DNA of 64,000 nt from Octopus vulgaris (taxonomy: Eukaryota). Positions 25,094 to 40,390 of this stretch are shown here, one piece after another. Both the position numbers and the translations under genes were made by a program. Position 1 is the stretch's first letter; each line of letters starts with the position of its first letter. The notes below the pieces were generated by a model. That model searched no databases and was not told the DNA's origin. It saw only the letters and a list, made by a program, of their open reading frames with translations. Location: positions 3,162,001-3,226,000 of the forward strand of contig OX597841.1 in NCBI GenBank assembly GCA_951406725.2, given 5' to 3'.

Positions 25094-26428
25094 ATGGAAA
25101 AGAGGGAGAAACTTAAAGAATTGACTTCTCCTAAAGACATAATACAAGAGATAGGAAAATTGTCATATAACTGTGATGTCTGTAAAAAGTCCTTCTCTCA
25201 GAAAAGTAACCTAACTACACACAAATGTATTCATACAGGAGAGAAGCCTTATCACTGTGATATCTGTGGTAAACCGTTCTCTCAAAATACTGACTTAATT
25301 GTACACAAACGTATTCATACAGGAGAGAAGCCATATCATTGTGATATCTGTGGTAAATCATTCTCTCAGAGTGGTAGCTTAACTACACACAAACGTATTC
25401 ATACAGGAGAGAAGCCATATCGCTGTGATATCTGTGGTAAATCCTTTTCTCAAAGTAATAAATTAATTGCACACAAACGTATTCACACTGGGGAGACACC
25501 ATATCATTGTGATGTCTGTGGTAAGTCATTCTCTCAAAATAATGACTTAGTTGTACACAAACGTGTTCATACAGGAGAGAAGCCTTATCACTGCGATATC
25601 TGTGGTAAATCGTTCTCTAAATGCAATAATTTAAATACTCATAAACGTATTCATACTGGGGAGACACCATATCATTGTGATCTCTGTGATAAATCATTTT
25701 CTAAAAGTAGTCACTTAACTGCACATAAACGTATTCATACTGGAGAGAAGCCATATCACTGTGATATCTGTGGTACATCATTTTCCCAGAGTGGTCACTT
25801 AATTACACACAAGCGTATTCATACAGGAGACAAGCCATATCAGTGTGATATCTGTGGGAAATCATTCTCTCAAAATAGTCATTTAACTATACATGAACGT
25901 TTTCACACAGGTGAGAAGCCATTTCACTGTGATATCTGTGGCAAATCATTCTCCAACAGTAGTGATGTAACTAAACACAAACGAATTCATACAGGAGAGA
26001 AGCCATATCACTGTGATATCTGTGATAAATTGTTCTCTGAGAGTAGTACCTTGACTTCACATAAACGTACTCATGCAAGAGAGAAGGTCTATCATTGTGA
26101 TGTCTGTGCTAAATTATTCTCTGATAGTCATGCATTGACTTTACACAAACGTACTCACACAGGAGAGAAAACACACTGCTGTGATATCTGTAATAAATCA
26201 TTCTCTCAAAATAGTAACTTAATTAAACACAAGCGTATTCATACAGGAGAGAAACCATATCAATGTGACATCTGTGGCAAATCCTTCTCTCAAAATAGTT
26301 CCTTAACTCCACACAAACGTACTCATACAGGAGAGAAGCCATATCACTGTGATGTCTGTGAAAAATCCTTCTCTAATAGTAGTCACTTAACTAAACACAA
26401 ATGTATTCATACAGGAGAGAAAGGATAG
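25094..26428 (+). CDS. C2H2 zinc-finger protein ZNF-3, 15 fingers
   Basis: 444-aa ORF with TGEKP-linked fingers. Confidence 0.95.
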   Translation: MEKREKLKELTSPKDIIQEIGKLSYNCDVCKKSFSQKSNLTTHKCIHTGEKPYHCDICGKPFSQNTDLIVHKRIHTGEKPYHCDICGKSFSQSGSLTTHKRIHTGEKPYRCDICGKSFSQSNKLIAHKRIHTGETPYHCDVCGKSFSQNNDLVVHKRVHTGEKPYHCDICGKSFSKCNNLNTHKRIHTGETPYHCDLCDKSFSKSSHLTAHKRIHTGEKPYHCDICGTSFSQSGHLITHKRIHTGDKPYQCDICGKSFSQNSHLTIHERFHTGEKPFHCDICGKSFSNSSDVTKHKRIHTGEKPYHCDICDKLFSESSTLTSHKRTHAREKVYHCDVCAKLFSDSHALTLHKRTHTGEKTHCCDICNKSFSQNSNLIKHKRIHTGEKPYQCDICGKSFSQNSSLTPHKRTHTGEKPYHCDVCEKSFSNSSHLTKHKCIHTGEKG

Positions 26429-27311
26429 TTTGTATGGCTCTGGGGTTTCTTTTTTTTTTCACTTTTGGATATTCCTGTGTTTAATGTAATGGAAATTATG
26501 ACTGAAAATAATGTATTTCCAAAAATTCCTTTTTTTCTTTATTTTGCCTTTTACACTCTTTTGGCCACCCCCACCTCCATGCCCATTTTATTTCCTGTGA
26601 TGGGGGGGGGGGGGGCTTCTGTACTGAAACTCCTCATCCAGACAACCCTACACATAAGTGTTTCTTGAATATTATTTCCCCAATTTTCTGTATATTTATT
26701 CTTTATAAACTTTTTAATATTTCACTCATTAAATATGTTAACAATAGCATAAGTGGTGGCTTTTTCATATACATGGATACAGGAAAGTTGTTGAACAAGA
26801 AGATAAAGAATGATCTCTGATACAAAACGTTAGAGATCACAAAGGAACAACATGAGGCATAAATATAGTGTCCCACACCACAGACTGATTCATTACAATC
26901 TTCTGAAGAATATTTTTTTTTAATTGTTGTATTTGGGGATGGTCATGTTGCCAGTTTAGCCAATCTCTTCTCATACATAAAAGGTACGCCTACTTAGCAT
27001 AAATAATCCACATTTAAATATAAATCCAAAACCAAGGAAAACAAACGAGCAAAGAAAAGTAAAAAAAAAAAAAAAAACGGGAAAAAAACAGCACTAAATA
27101 CATTAGGGGGGCTGCATAGGACATGGTTCAGTGGAACCTACTGAAGCAACCCAACACATTACTGTGGGTGATAGCAAGGCTACAGCATTGAACAATTAAG
27201 TGCCCTCATGGACATCATCTGGCACTTTAGTATGGCTAATGATTACACAAACTTCATTGTTAGTGGCCCAGCTCCGCCAAACGTCTGTGTACCTTTTATG
27301 TATCAGAATAA

Positions 27312-27675
27312 GTGGAGGCCCAGTGGCTAGGGCAGCGGACTCGCGGTTTTGATCCCCAGACCAGGCGTTGTGAGTGTTTATTGAGCGAAAACACCTAAAG
27401 CTCCACGAGGCTCCGGCAGGGGATGGTGGTGATCCCTGCTGTACTCTTTCACCACAACTTTCTCTCACTCTTTCTTCCTGTTTCTGTTGTACCTGTATTT
27501 CAAAGGGCCGGCCTTGTCACTCTCTGTGTCACGCTGAATATCCCCGAGAACTACGTTAAGGGTACACGTGTCTGTGGAGTGCTCGGCCACTTACACGTTA
27601 ATTTCATGAGCAGGCTGTTCCGTTGGTCGGATCAACCGGAACCCTCATCGTCATAACCGACGGAGTGCTTCCCCC
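27312..27675 (+). mobile_element. SINE family B with TSD
   Basis: TSD ATCAGAATAA on both sides; small deletions in the tRNA head. Confidence 0.85.
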
Positions 27676-28169
27676 ATCAGAATAAAAAAAATAATTATAT
27701 ATCCGAGATTACTATATTGAAAAAAAAAATAAATGTTGCTAATATAAGTTTACATTGGCTTAGATTACAGTTGTCTTTATAAAATTGAGAAAAGATATTT
27801 TGGAAGGGATTCTGATTTTCCTCAATCCCACGCTAGTTTTGTTAGCACTAACTCCTCTCATGCTGGTGTCACGTAAAAAAACACCCGGGACACTCTGTAA
27901 AGTTGTTGACATTAGGAAGAGCATCCAGACAAACCTAAAAACAGATTATGGAATCCTGATGCAGTCCCTGTCAAAACGTCTAACCCATGCCAGTATAGAA
28001 AACGGACACTAAATGCTATTACTGAACTTCTGGAAACCTGCCGGCTGTTTGATCATCTGTGAATCTTGCGGACACACTTGACAAATTCACTACGTTCTCG
28101 CTAGAAAACAGGACAGGCAGACGCTTAGATAATATAAAGTCCTTCCCCAGTGAATTACTGTTTGCTGTT

Positions 28170-28545
28170 TACTGTTTTACTTGTTTCAGTCATTTGACTG
28201 CGGCCATGCTGGAGCACCGCCTTTAGTCGAGCAAATCGACCCCGGGACTTATTCTTTGTAAGCCCAGTACTTATTCTATTGGTCTCTTTTGCCGAACCGC
28301 TAAGTGACGGGGACGTAAACACACCAGCATTGGTTGTCAAGCAATGCTAGGGGGACAAACACACACACACATACATATATACGACAGGCTTCTTTCAGTT
28401 TCCATCTACCAAATCCACTCATAAGGCTTTGGTCGGCCCAAGGCTATAGTAGAAGACACTTGCCCAACGTGCCACGCAGTGGGACTGAACCCAGAACCAT
28501 GTGGTTCGTGAGCAAGCTACTTACCACACAGCCACTCCTGCGCCT
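28170..28545 (-). mobile_element. SINE family A
   Basis: Reverse complement of the family consensus. Confidence 0.85.
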
Positions 28546-28633
28546 TATGTACTTCCTAATATAGATTAGTATTTAGTGACATGAAACTTCAAGATTTATG
28601 TAAGTCTGGAGTTATTATGTAGTATGGGGAACA

Positions 28634-29600
28634 CTACTGCAAGTAACTGTCTCCTTTGCATTCCAAGAGAGCACGATCTGTGTATGGCCGGTTCCTGTCG
28701 CAAGCAGTAAACTTAGTCGTACATGGGACATAACTCCCTATCTGCGAAGGAGTATAGAGCAATAATTCAGCTTGTAGCTTCGTAGGTGTAACAATACGAG
28801 TATCTCTGACGATTAATGATTTAGTAGTTGCCAATTCTGAAAAAAGAGAAATGTGTCTAAAGAGATGTTCTGCTGGCCTTTCTGAAAGGGTACAATTTAG
28901 TATGTCGTAGCTAAGTTTCATCGTTATTAATGTCCCCTTTTTAGCATTGCAAGGACGAACCCATCTGGTAGGTCATTAGCAATGATGGTGTTGATATAGT
29001 ATTCACTACCATCCTCAATTCGAAATTCCTCCTTATCTCTATCCGAGAAGTTGGTGAGGGGTAATGGGTGGTGGCTTTGGCAGTCACGGGTATTGGAACA
29101 CCTCAGGCTCATAATTAACAACAAAGTCATATCCTTGTAAGTGTATTGGTGATTGTTAATGCGAACCATTACATATTGGTTCGTTATTGAAGGAAAGGAG
29201 TGACCGATGGTCCGTGCTAACAGTAAATGATGTCCTGTAAAGGAACATTTTGTTAGACAGAACTGTCATGATGGCAAAACTCTCTTTGCTCAAACCGAGG
29301 GAACGCCAGTGACTAGGTCGGCAGACGAGAGGGGCAGCGGCGATGGGCGGGCCCGCTGCAGCTTTTAGACTCGCCCGGCGCCCTATGCGTCGGTGGTCGC
29401 TTCCTCCTCCTCTTTTCGAAACGGCTCCGACGAACTGCAGTCAACGAGCGAGTGCTATGACGGTGGTCGCCACGAAAACGACGCGCGCCAAGGCGGTGAT
29501 GCCGGGGGAAGCTGCAGCAGAAGAGGTAGAAACGCTACGACGGTATTCGTCACTTGAATATGCGACTGTTGGCACCAGGGATATCAGCTGACAATAGACA
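28634..29600 (-). mobile_element. Probable degenerate Gypsy-like LTR retrotransposon internal fragment
   Basis: ELATTKSLIVRDTRIVTPTKLQAELL resembles the pre-integrase EL...GLI.RG.RIVIP..LQ motif; GC-rich stretch at 29300-29590. No LTRs identified. Confidence 0.4.
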
Positions 29601-29797
29601 CCTCTGATCCTTGCCCCATCGAAACGTAGACGTTAAAATCATCGTTTCTTGAGATCATTATTAAAGGAATGAGAACTAATTCTTCTTTCCGAATTGGGTG
29701 TGAAACCAGGATGATTTTGAGGATTATAGTCAGTGTCATTATTAGGAATTACATTAACATAAAATATCTAAAAATCGCGCAAGAATATTTTGTTATA

Positions 29798-30190
29798 CAG
29801 GAGTGGCTGTGTGGTACGTAGCTTGCTTGCCAACCACATGGTTCCGGGTTCAGTCCCACTGCGTGGCATCTTGGGCAAGTGTCTTCTGCTATAGCCCCGG
29901 GCCGACCAATGCCTTGTGAGTGGATTTGGTAGACGGAAACTGAAAGAAGCCTGTCGTATATATGTGTATGTGTGCGTGTTTGTGTGTGTGTGTGTTTGTC
30001 CCCCTAGCATTGCTTGACAACCGATGCTGGTGTGTTTACGTCCCCGTCACTTAGCGGTTCGGCAAAAGACACCGATAGAATAAGTACTGGGCTTACAAAG
30101 AATAAGTCCCGGGGTCGATTTGCTCGACTAAAGGCGGTGCTCCAGCATGGCCGCAGTCAAATGACTGAAACAAGTAAAAGAGTGAAAGAG
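29798..30190 (+). mobile_element. SINE family A
   Basis: Matches family consensus. Confidence 0.85.
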
Positions 30191-30221
30191 ACAGACTAAG
30201 AATTGCTTTAAGCAGAAATGT

Positions 30222-30405
30222 ACCTATTTCTTTACTACCCACAAAGGGCTAAACACAGCGGGGACAAACAAGGACAGACATAGGTATTAAGTCGATTACA
30301 TCGACCCCAGTGCGTAACTGGTACTTAATTTATCGACCCCGAAAGGATGAAAGGCAAAGTCGACCTCGGCGGAATTTGAACTCACACCGTAACGCAGACG
30401 AAAAT
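30222..30405 (-). mobile_element. Family C body, single unit
   Basis: ACCTATTTCTTTACTACCCACAAAGGGC...GCAGACGAAA. Confidence 0.78.
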
Positions 30406-30444
30406 GTACCGACAAGCATTACCTCCCCTATGTGTTTCATATGA

Positions 30445-30609
30445 TACGCATGCGCCTTAATTGTACTTCCGCATTGGCATTAAAGTATTTCCGTTTCCTT
30501 TCTCAGTTTCTATTAATTAACTTCTACAAACACCTTCGATACGTTTCCCTAATTTACACACGCACTCTGTAACAACTCTTTCCTGTGCGAAACATTTCCT
30601 TCTGTAAGT
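30445..30609 (+). promoter_or_regulatory. Putative promoter and exon 1 of ZNF-4 (possibly shared with ZNF-5)
   Basis: TACGCATGCGC 30445-30455, ACTTCCG 30465-30471, donor GTAAGT 30604-30609; acceptors at 31219-31220 and 33499-33500. Confidence 0.65.
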
Positions 30610-30882
30610 ATTAAACGTTGAAAATATTTAGTCTTTTAATTCTGTAGACGTTCGGTTTTTTGACGTGTCGATTCTTTGTGTCTCTCTCTCATCTTTTATG
30701 GATGAGAGATGTCCATGATTTGTTTGAGATTTGGCTGCTATTTCTGCCTGTGGAAACCACATCCAGCACCACTTTTTATCGCTGCCCCGTTAGTTTGTGT
30801 GTTTTGGTTCGAAAAATACTCTGAAATAGACTCCAACCACTGAAATGTTCGGAAACCAACACGTATTTCTGCTCAGTTAGAG

Positions 30883-31061
30883 CAGTGCTTTTCAAACTTT
30901 TTACTGGAGCGGAACCCCAAGGAAACATTCCACTGGCTCGAGGAACCCCCGTGCAATAATTTAATAGTCTTATGCACACATATCTGCACAGGAGAATTAA
31001 GAATTACAGCCGATTTTAGCAGTTTTGTAATTTCTTGCGGAACCCTGGTTGAAAACCACTG
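30883..31061. mobile_element. hAT-type MITE
   Basis: TIR CAGTGCTTTTCAA / TTGAAAACCACTG; 8-bp TSD AGTTAGAG at 30875-30882 and 31062-31069. Confidence 0.88.
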
Positions 31062-31383
31062 AGTTAGAGACACCTCAGGGCTATACAACAATGTCAAATT
31101 ATAATTTCAGTTGTTCAGGTAAATTTTTATTTCTGTAGAAATGTAAATTTTCCACTTTTGAATTTGTATTTTTTTTAAGTAGCCTCCATATTTTACACTG
31201 ATGTTTCTTTATTATTTCAGAATATCAGATGACATTGGGATAACTGAAGATACATCCTCAAAATTTATCATCTTTTAAGACTGAAAGGAATTGATGTACA
31301 AAGCAAATTCTTTGTAAAGAGTGAACTATAAGAAGGAAAACTGGAACAATATATATATACATTGTGATTTGAGGAGGAAAATA

Positions 31384-32478
31384 ATGGAAAAGAGCAAAAA
31401 GGTTGAAGAATTGATTTCCCATGAAGACATAAAAGGGATAAGAAAGTTGTCATATGACTGTGATGTCTGTAAAAGGTCCTTCTCTCGAAAAAGTAACCTA
31501 ACTGAACACAAACTTATTCATACAAGAGAGAAGTTGTATTACTGTGATGTCTGTGGCAAATCATTTTCTCAGAAGCGTAATCTAACTGTACACAAATATA
31601 TTCATACAAAAGGAAAGCTATATCCTTGTGATGTCTGTGGTAAATCATTCTATCGCAGTTGTCACTTAACTAGACACAAACGTATTCATACAGGAGAGAG
31701 ATTGTATCATTGTGATATCTGTGGTAAATCATTCTCTCAAAGTGGTCATATAACTGCCCACAGACGTATTCATACAGGAGAGAAACCATATCATTGTGAT
31801 ATCTGTGGTAAATCATTCAGTGAGAATGGTACATTATCTGCCCACAGACGTATTCATACAGGAGAGAAACCGTACCACTGTGATATCTGTGGTAAATCAT
31901 TCACTGTCAGTTCTGCTTTGACTGTACACAAACGTCTTCATACTGGAGAGGAAGCATATCACTGTGATATCTGTGGTAAAGCAGTCTCTCAAAATAGTGA
32001 GTTAAAAAAACACAGACGTATTCACACGGGAGAGAAACCATTTCATTGTGATATCTGTGGTAAATCATTGTCTGATGGTAGTGCTTTAATTGTACACAAG
32101 CGTATTCATACAGGAGACAAGCCACATCATTGTGATGTTTGTGGTAAGTCATTCTCTGACAGTAGCACTCTCTCTTCACACAAACGTATTCATACAGGAG
32201 AGAAACCATATCAGTGTGATATCTGTGGTAAATCATTCACCCAAAGTAGTACGTTAACTGCTCACAAACGTATTCATACAGGAGAGAAGCCATATGGCTG
32301 TGATATCTGTGGTAAATCATTCTCTCAAAATGGTTATTTAACTGTCCACAGACGTCTTCATACTGGAGAGAGGCCATATCACTGTGATATCTGTGGTAAA
32401 TCATTCTCTGTTGGTAGTGACTTAAATATACATAAAAGTATTCATACTGAAGAGAAACCATTTCAGTGTGATATCTAA
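31384..32478 (+). CDS. C2H2 zinc-finger protein ZNF-4, 12 fingers, truncated in finger 13
   Basis: Conserved ATG at 31384 (MEKSKK); ends FQCDI* with TAA at the second Cys position. Degenerate fingers continue to ~33045. Confidence 0.92.
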   Translation: MEKSKKVEELISHEDIKGIRKLSYDCDVCKRSFSRKSNLTEHKLIHTREKLYYCDVCGKSFSQKRNLTVHKYIHTKGKLYPCDVCGKSFYRSCHLTRHKRIHTGERLYHCDICGKSFSQSGHITAHRRIHTGEKPYHCDICGKSFSENGTLSAHRRIHTGEKPYHCDICGKSFTVSSALTVHKRLHTGEEAYHCDICGKAVSQNSELKKHRRIHTGEKPFHCDICGKSLSDGSALIVHKRIHTGDKPHHCDVCGKSFSDSSTLSSHKRIHTGEKPYQCDICGKSFTQSSTLTAHKRIHTGEKPYGCDICGKSFSQNGYLTVHRRLHTGERPYHCDICGKSFSVGSDLNIHKSIHTEEKPFQCDI

Positions 32479-32548
32479 GGTGACTCTCTCACAGTAATAC
32501 TATGACCTTTCATAAACGTACTCGTACTAGAGAGAAGCCATCTCACAC

Positions 32549-32945
32549 ACATCATCATCATCGTTTAACGTCCGCTTTCCATGCTAGCATGGGTTGGACG
32601 GTTCGACCGGGGTCTGGGAAGCCAGAAGGCTGCACCAGGCCCAGTCTGATCTGGCAGTGTTTCTACGGCTGGATGCCCTTCCTAATGCCAACCACTCCGT
32701 GAGTGTAGTGGGTGCTTTTTACGTGCCACCGGCACAGGTGCCAGAGGAGGCTGGCAACGGCCACGGTCAGATGGTGCTTTTCACGTGCCACCGGCACGAA
32801 AGCCAGTCAGTGTTGCGCTGGCTATGGCCACGTTCGGATGGTTCTCTTACGTGCCACCGGCACTGGTATCACAGCTACAAATTCCACTGATGTTGATAGA
32901 TTACGATTTTGATTTTCACTTGCCTCAACAGGTCTTCACAAGTGG
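32549..32945 (-). mobile_element. Family D element inserted in a vestigial finger
   Basis: GAGAAGCCATCTCAC precedes it and ATATCTGTGGTAAA resumes at ~32972. Confidence 0.8.
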
Positions 32946-33632
32946 AGTTTTGTGTCCCAAGAAGGAACATCATATCTGTGGTAAATTATTCATTGTATGT
33001 TGTAGATTAACTGTTCACAAATGTATTCATACACAAGAGAAAAGATAACGGCAGTTTGAACGGTTTCTTCTGTAAACGTCTTCTTTGTAATATTCCTGTG
33101 ATTTAAGTAATGGTAATTATGACTCTGAAACTAATGTATTTCCAAAGATTTCAGTTTTTTTCTTTCTTTACAAATTTTCTCTCTTCCCCTGCACCCATGC
33201 TTTTTTCCATAATGTAGGAGCCTCTATTCTGAAACTGTTCATCCTGGTAGCCCTACATGTGTTTGTTGAATATCACTTCTACAGTTTACTGTATACTGTA
33301 AATTACTGTTTATTAAGTTATAAACGATGCACTTATTAAATATATTAACAACAACAAAATTTATGGCTTTTTTGTTGACAAGAATATGTTAAAGATGTCA
33401 AATATGTCCATAAACAACGACCCCCACTACAAAACAGAAGAGACCTCGATTTTTTTAAGTAGCCTCCATATTTTACACTGATGTTTCTTTATTATTTCAG
33501 AATATCATGACATTGGGATAACTGAAGAAATATCCTCAATATTTATCATCTTTTAAGACTGAAAGGAATTGATGTACAAAGCAAATTCTTTATAAAGAGT
33601 GAACTATAAGAAGGAAAACAGGAACAATATAA

Positions 33633-34656
<1,024 letters not shown>

Positions 34657-35177
34657 TAAAACAGCAAATTTTTTCCACCAATCCTCTCAGATCAGCTACA
34701 TTTGGAATGCTAAGAACTAAAATTCTCTTAACCTCTCGACAGGTCAAGTCTATACTGACATTAGTTGTAATAATGTCATAAAAGTGAGAGCTTCTGATAA
34801 ATTGTCTGAACTATGGTGTTGGCAAATTCCAAATTGAAGTCAATATTGTTGTGATTGAAATTTTGCCATTTCTTTTTGTCATCAGCATTTTTTTGTGCTA
34901 AATCAATGTCAATGTATTTTTTCTTTTATATGATGTTCTTTTATACATTAATAAACTATGTGGCTTAGCACAACATGAAAGAAGTGGTGGCAAATCAGGC
35001 CTATTTCTTTGGGGTTTCAGTCTCTTTTATTCAGTTCATGCACTTTTGTCACACATTGTCAATTTATGAGGGTCTGAATCAATCGAATAATAACCATTGC
35101 ACAACTTTCAAACATGTGACAAGTCAATATAAGCCACTCCATCTGAAAGGACATCAGATCCCAAATCAACTACAACA

Positions 35178-35582
35178 CCTATTTCTCGACTACCCACAAG
35201 GGGCTAAACATAGAGGGGACAAACAAGGACAGACATAGATATTAAGTCGATTACATCAACCCCAGTGCGTAACTGGTACTTAATTTATCGACCCCGAAAG
35301 GATGAAAGACAAAGTCGACCTCGGCGTAATTTGAACTCAGAATGTAACGGCAGACGAAATACCTATTTCTTTACTACCCACAAGGGGCTAAACATAGAGG
35401 GGGCAAACAAGGACAGACATAGATATTAAGTCGATTACATCAACCCCAGTGCGTAACTGGTACTTAATTTATCGACCCCGAAAGGATGATAGACAAAGTC
35501 GACCTCGGCGGAATTTGAACTCAGAACGTAATGGCTGCGCATTTCGCCCGGCGTGCTGACGTTTCTGCCAGCTCGCCGCCTT
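35178..35582 (-). mobile_element. Family C, head plus two tandem bodies
   Basis: Two CCCACAAGGGGCTAAAC units followed by CCAGCTCGCCGCCTT. Confidence 0.8.
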
Positions 35583-36018
35583 CCTGCTTTCCCCGTTTCA
35601 ATGGCGTATATGTTCTTCAGCTGGACGGGACGCCAGTCCATCGCAGTGTTACTCATTTTTGCCAGCTGAGTGGAGTGGAGCAACGTGAAATGAAGTGTTT
35701 TGCTCAAGAACACAACACGTCACCTGGTCCAGGAATCGAAACCACAATCTTACGATCATGATGCTGACACCCTAACCATTAAGCCACACGCCTCCACATA
35801 ATCAACTACAATGCCATCAACTGAAATGCTCTGGGTTTTGTGTACAGTTAAAGCATAACTCAGGAACAATGGTATTTGAAATCTAGTCACAAAGAGTCCA
35901 GATGCAAAGCCAGAGTCAGCTTCTGCATATTTTGATAACAACTTTCAGATTCCATAGCAAGAGTGATGTCAACTGCATATACTAGCTCCCAAGGATAGCC
36001 AGCTTTAAATTCTTCTGT

Positions 36019-36370
36019 TGCACCATCCGAATTGTGGCCGATGCCAGCGCCGCCTCGACTGGCTTCCATGTCGGTGGCACGTAAAAAGCACCATCCGAAT
36101 CGTAGCCGAAGCCAGTGCCGCCTTGACTGGCTTCCATAAAATACACCAATCCGACCGTGGCCGATGCCAGCCTCGCCTGGCACCAGTACTGGTGGCACGT
36201 AAAAAGCACCCACTACACTCACGGAGTGGTTGGCGTTAGGAAGGGCATCCAGCTGTAGAAACTGCCAGATAAGACCGGAGCCTGGTGCAGCCTTCTGGCT
36301 TCACAGACCCCAGTTGAACCGTCCAACCCATGCTAGCATGGAGAACGGACGTTAAACGATGATGATGATG
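36019..36370 (+). mobile_element. Family D element
   Basis: 63-bp-type units and (GAT)n tail. Confidence 0.8.
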
Positions 36371-36542
36371 TGGCCTGGAAGACTTTGATGAATCGGAAGG
36401 AACTGACACTAAATTTGTATGTGTTCTCATGGCTGATTCTCACTTTACTGACAGTATCCCTACTCATGGCTTGTATGGCTATCCTCGGAACTAGTATATG
36501 CTGTTGACATCACTCTTACGATGGAATCTGTTGTAGAAAGTT

Positions 36543-36912
36543 GGCACAGGAGTAGCTGTGTGGTAAGTAGCTTGCTAACCAACCACATGGTTCCGGGTTC
36601 AGTCCCACTGCGTGGCATCTTGGGCAAGTGTCTTCTGCTATAGCCCCGGGCCGACCAATGCCTTGTGAGTGGATTTGGTAGACGGAAACTGAAAGAAGCC
36701 TGTCGTATATATGTATGTATGTGTTTGTCCCCCTAGCATTGCTTGACAACCGATGCTGGTGTGTTTACGTCCCCGTCACTTAGCGGTTCGACAAAAGACA
36801 CCGATAGAATAAGTACTGGGCTTACAAAGAATAATTCCCGGGGTCGATTTGCTCGACTGAAAGGCGGTGCTCCAGCATGGCCGCAGTCAAATGACTGAAA
36901 CAAGTAAAGAGA
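36543..36912 (+). mobile_element. SINE family A
   Basis: Matches family consensus. Confidence 0.85.
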
Positions 36913-37175
36913 GTCAATCAAGACTATTGAAAAGGTTGAAGATGCAACGAAAACTTTAGGAAAATAAGAAATAAGTGGAAATTCTACCGGTGAGTGTGTT
37001 ACATTATAAGGTACAAAAAGAAAATGACTCTCCCCAGACACAACAGAATATGCTTCAACACACGAATTCACATAAAGAATCTTGTAAACCAAATTCAAAA
37101 ACGTAAAATGAAAATTTTATTACGGTTAAAAATTCCAACAAGAGTTACCTCCCGTAAATGTTTTTTATCAAACGA

Positions 37176-37330
37176 TACGCATGCGCATTAATTGTACTTC
37201 CGCATTCACTTGGACATTGAAACAAATCGTTTCTTTTATTTAACTTCTACAAACACTTAAAAGTACGCTTAATACATATCATACACACACTTTATAACAG
37301 CTCCATCTTTCATGACACATCTCTGTAAGT
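37176..37330 (+). promoter_or_regulatory. Putative promoter and exon 1 of ZNF-6 (possibly shared with ZNF-7)
   Basis: TACGCATGCGCA 37176-37187, ACTTCCG 37196-37202, donor GTAAGT 37325-37330; acceptors at 38308-38309 and 41469-41470. Confidence 0.65.
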
Positions 37331-37534
37331 ATTAAACAATGAAAATATTTAATCTGTTTAATTCTGTCTTGACGTGTCGTTTCTTTGGCAGATGTCTACG
37401 ATTCGTGTGAGATTTAGCTGCTATTTCTACCTGGAAGCTACCTTCAACGTTCTCCGTCGTTGCCCCGTTAGCATTGCATGTTTCAGTTTGAGAAATTTCC
37501 TCAAATACACTTCAGTTTAGAAATAATCTGAAAT

Positions 37535-37954
37535 ATATTTCTTTACTGCCCACAAGGGGCTAAATAAACATAGAGGGGACAAACAAGGACAGACAAAGGG
37601 ATTAAGTCGATTATATCAACCCCCAGTGCGAATCTGGTACTTTATTTATCGACCCCGAAAGGATGAAAAGCAAAGTCGACCTCGGTGGAATTTGAACTCA
37701 GAACGTAACGGCAGACGAAATACCTATTTCTTTATTACCCACAAGGGGCTAAACACAGAGGGGACAAACAAGGACAGAAATAGGTATTAAGTCGATTACA
37801 TCGACCCCAGTGCGTAACTGGTACTTAATTTATCGACCCCGAAAGGATGAAAGGCAAAGTCGACCTCGGCGGAATTTGAACTCAGAACGTAACGGCAGAC
37901 GAAATACCGCTAAGCATTACGCCCGGCGCGCTAACGTTTCTGCCAGCTCGCCGC
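37535..37954 (-). mobile_element. Family C, head plus two tandem bodies
   Basis: Same units as above; flanked by ATAATCTGAAATA on both sides (probable TSD). Confidence 0.8.
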
Positions 37955-38470
37955 TCCTTCTATAATCTGAAATACACAACAACACTTAGGGGTACTACTA
38001 GCGAATACTGGTCCCGGTACGCGCGTTCGCGCTAGCTAGTCGTAAGTAGTCGATGCTACAACGACTTGCGCGTATGCAAATGAGTTGACAGGAATGTTTT
38101 GAAAATATTCTGAAGCAACCTTTCAGAATGGTTCACATTCGAGGAACTCAAATGAACTTCAACATTTTATTTTATCGTTTGGTGACATTTTCGAACAAAT
38201 TGCAAGAACTGTGAGATATTCAATTTTTTTTTTATTTTCCACTTTTGAAGCTGTATTTCTTTTTTAAGTAGCCTCCATATTTTACACTAATGTTTCTTTA
38301 TTATTTCAGAATATCATATGACATTGGGCTAACTGAAGATACATCCTCAATATTTATCATATTTTAAAACTGATAGGAATTGATGTACTAAGCAAATTCT
38401 TTGTAAAGACTTAACTATAAGAAGGAAAACTGGAACAATATATATACATTGTGATTCAAGGAGAAAAATA

Positions 38471-39556
38471 ATGGAAAAGACTGAGAAAGTAGAAGAATTG
38501 ATTTCCCATGAAGACATAAAAGAGATGAAAAAGTCTTCATATGACTGTGATGTCTGTAAAAGATCCTTCTCTCAAAAAAGTAACTTAACTAAACACAAAC
38601 GTATTCATACTGGAGAGAAGCCATTTCATTGTGATGTCTGTGGTAAATCGTTCTCTCGCGGTTGTGACTTAACTACACATATACGTACTCATACAGGAGA
38701 GAAGCCATATCGTTGTGATATCTGTGGCATTTCATTCTCTCAAAGATGTCACTTAACTAAACACAAATGTATTCATACTGGAGAGAAGCCATTTCATTGT
38801 GATGTTTGTGGTAAATTGTTCTCTCGCAGTAGTGACTTAACTACACATATACGTATTCATACAGGAGAGAAACCATATCATTGTGATATCTGTGGTAAAT
38901 CATTCTCTGATAGCAGTGCTTTACCTAGACATAAACGTATTCATACAGGGGAGAAACCATACCACTGTGATATCTGTGGTAAATCATTCTCTGACAGTAA
39001 TACCTTGACTTCACACAAACGTACTCATACAGGAGAGAAGCCATACCATTGTGATATCTGTGGTAAATCATTCTCTAAGAATTGCCACTTAACCACACAT
39101 AAACGTAACCATACAGGAGAGAAACTGTATCACTGTGACATCTGTGGTAAATCATTCTCACAAAATAGTCACTTAGCTGCTCATAGATATATTCATACAG
39201 GAGAGAAGCCATATCCTTGTGATATCTGTGGTAAATCTTTCACTTGCAATAGTGACTTAACTGTACATAAACGTATTCATACAGGAGAGAATCCCTATCA
39301 TTGTGATATCTGTGGTAAATCATTTTCTAGAATTCTGCACATTACTACACACAGACGTACTCATACAGGAGAGAAGCCACATCATTGTGATATTTGTGGT
39401 AAATCATTCTCTGATAGCAGTGCTTTACCTAGACACAAACGTACTCATACAGGAGAGAAACCATATCAGTGTGATATCTGTGGTAAATCATTCTCTGATA
39501 GCAGTCACCTAACTGCACACAGACGTATTCATACAGGAGAGAAACCATGTGATTGA
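38471..39556 (+). CDS. C2H2 zinc-finger protein ZNF-6, 12 fingers
   Basis: 361-aa ORF. About 4-5 decayed fingers follow to ~39950. Confidence 0.93.
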   Translation: MEKTEKVEELISHEDIKEMKKSSYDCDVCKRSFSQKSNLTKHKRIHTGEKPFHCDVCGKSFSRGCDLTTHIRTHTGEKPYRCDICGISFSQRCHLTKHKCIHTGEKPFHCDVCGKLFSRSSDLTTHIRIHTGEKPYHCDICGKSFSDSSALPRHKRIHTGEKPYHCDICGKSFSDSNTLTSHKRTHTGEKPYHCDICGKSFSKNCHLTTHKRNHTGEKLYHCDICGKSFSQNSHLAAHRYIHTGEKPYPCDICGKSFTCNSDLTVHKRIHTGENPYHCDICGKSFSRILHITTHRRTHTGEKPHHCDICGKSFSDSSALPRHKRTHTGEKPYQCDICGKSFSDSSHLTAHRRIHTGEKPCD

Positions 39557-39706
39557 TATCTGCAGTAAATGATTCTCCCGCAGTACTGCCATGACTTTAC
39601 ATAAACATATTCATATCAGGGAGAAGCCATGTAACTGCTACCTGTGGTTAATCTTATTCTCAAAATGGTTCTTTCACTGCTCACAGACGTATTCATACAG
39701 GAGTGA

Positions 39707-39910
<204 letters not shown>

Positions 39911-39948
39911 TAAATGTACTCATACAGGAAAGAAGCCTTTTCACTGTG

Positions 39949-40390
39949 ATCATCATCGTTTAGCATCTGTTTTCCATGCTGATATGCATTGGATGGTTTG
40001 ACTGGGGACTAGCAAGCCAGTAGGGTGCACCAGGCTCCAATCTGATGTGGCAAGGTTTCTATGGCTGGATGCCCTTCCTAATGCCAACAATTCCAAGAGT
40101 GTAGTGGGTGGTTTTTATGTGCCACTGGCATGGGAGCCTGTCAAGCAGCACTGGCATCAACCACATTTGGATGGTGCTTTTTATGTGCCACTGGCAGCAG
40201 CCACATTCGAATGTTTTTTTGTTTTTTTTATGTGCGACCAGCACAGTAGCCAGTCAGGCGGCACTGGCATCAACTCACACTTGAATGGTGCTTGTTACGT
40301 GTCACCAGGTGCCGGTCAGGTGGCATTGGCTCATCCACAACTACAATTTCCATTTTGATTTGATTTTTACTTGACTCGGTAGGTCTTCTC
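39949..40390 (-). mobile_element. Diverged family D element abutting a vestigial finger
   Basis: CCTTTTCACTGTGAT|CATCATCGTTTAGC... Confidence 0.72.

Noticed and set aside
31321-31383. Upstream GTG/TTG starts for ZNF-2, -4, -5, -8 and -9 in the ORF track
   Set aside because: Non-ATG starts. The conserved AAAATAATG is the family start, and the upstream frame is not consistently open.
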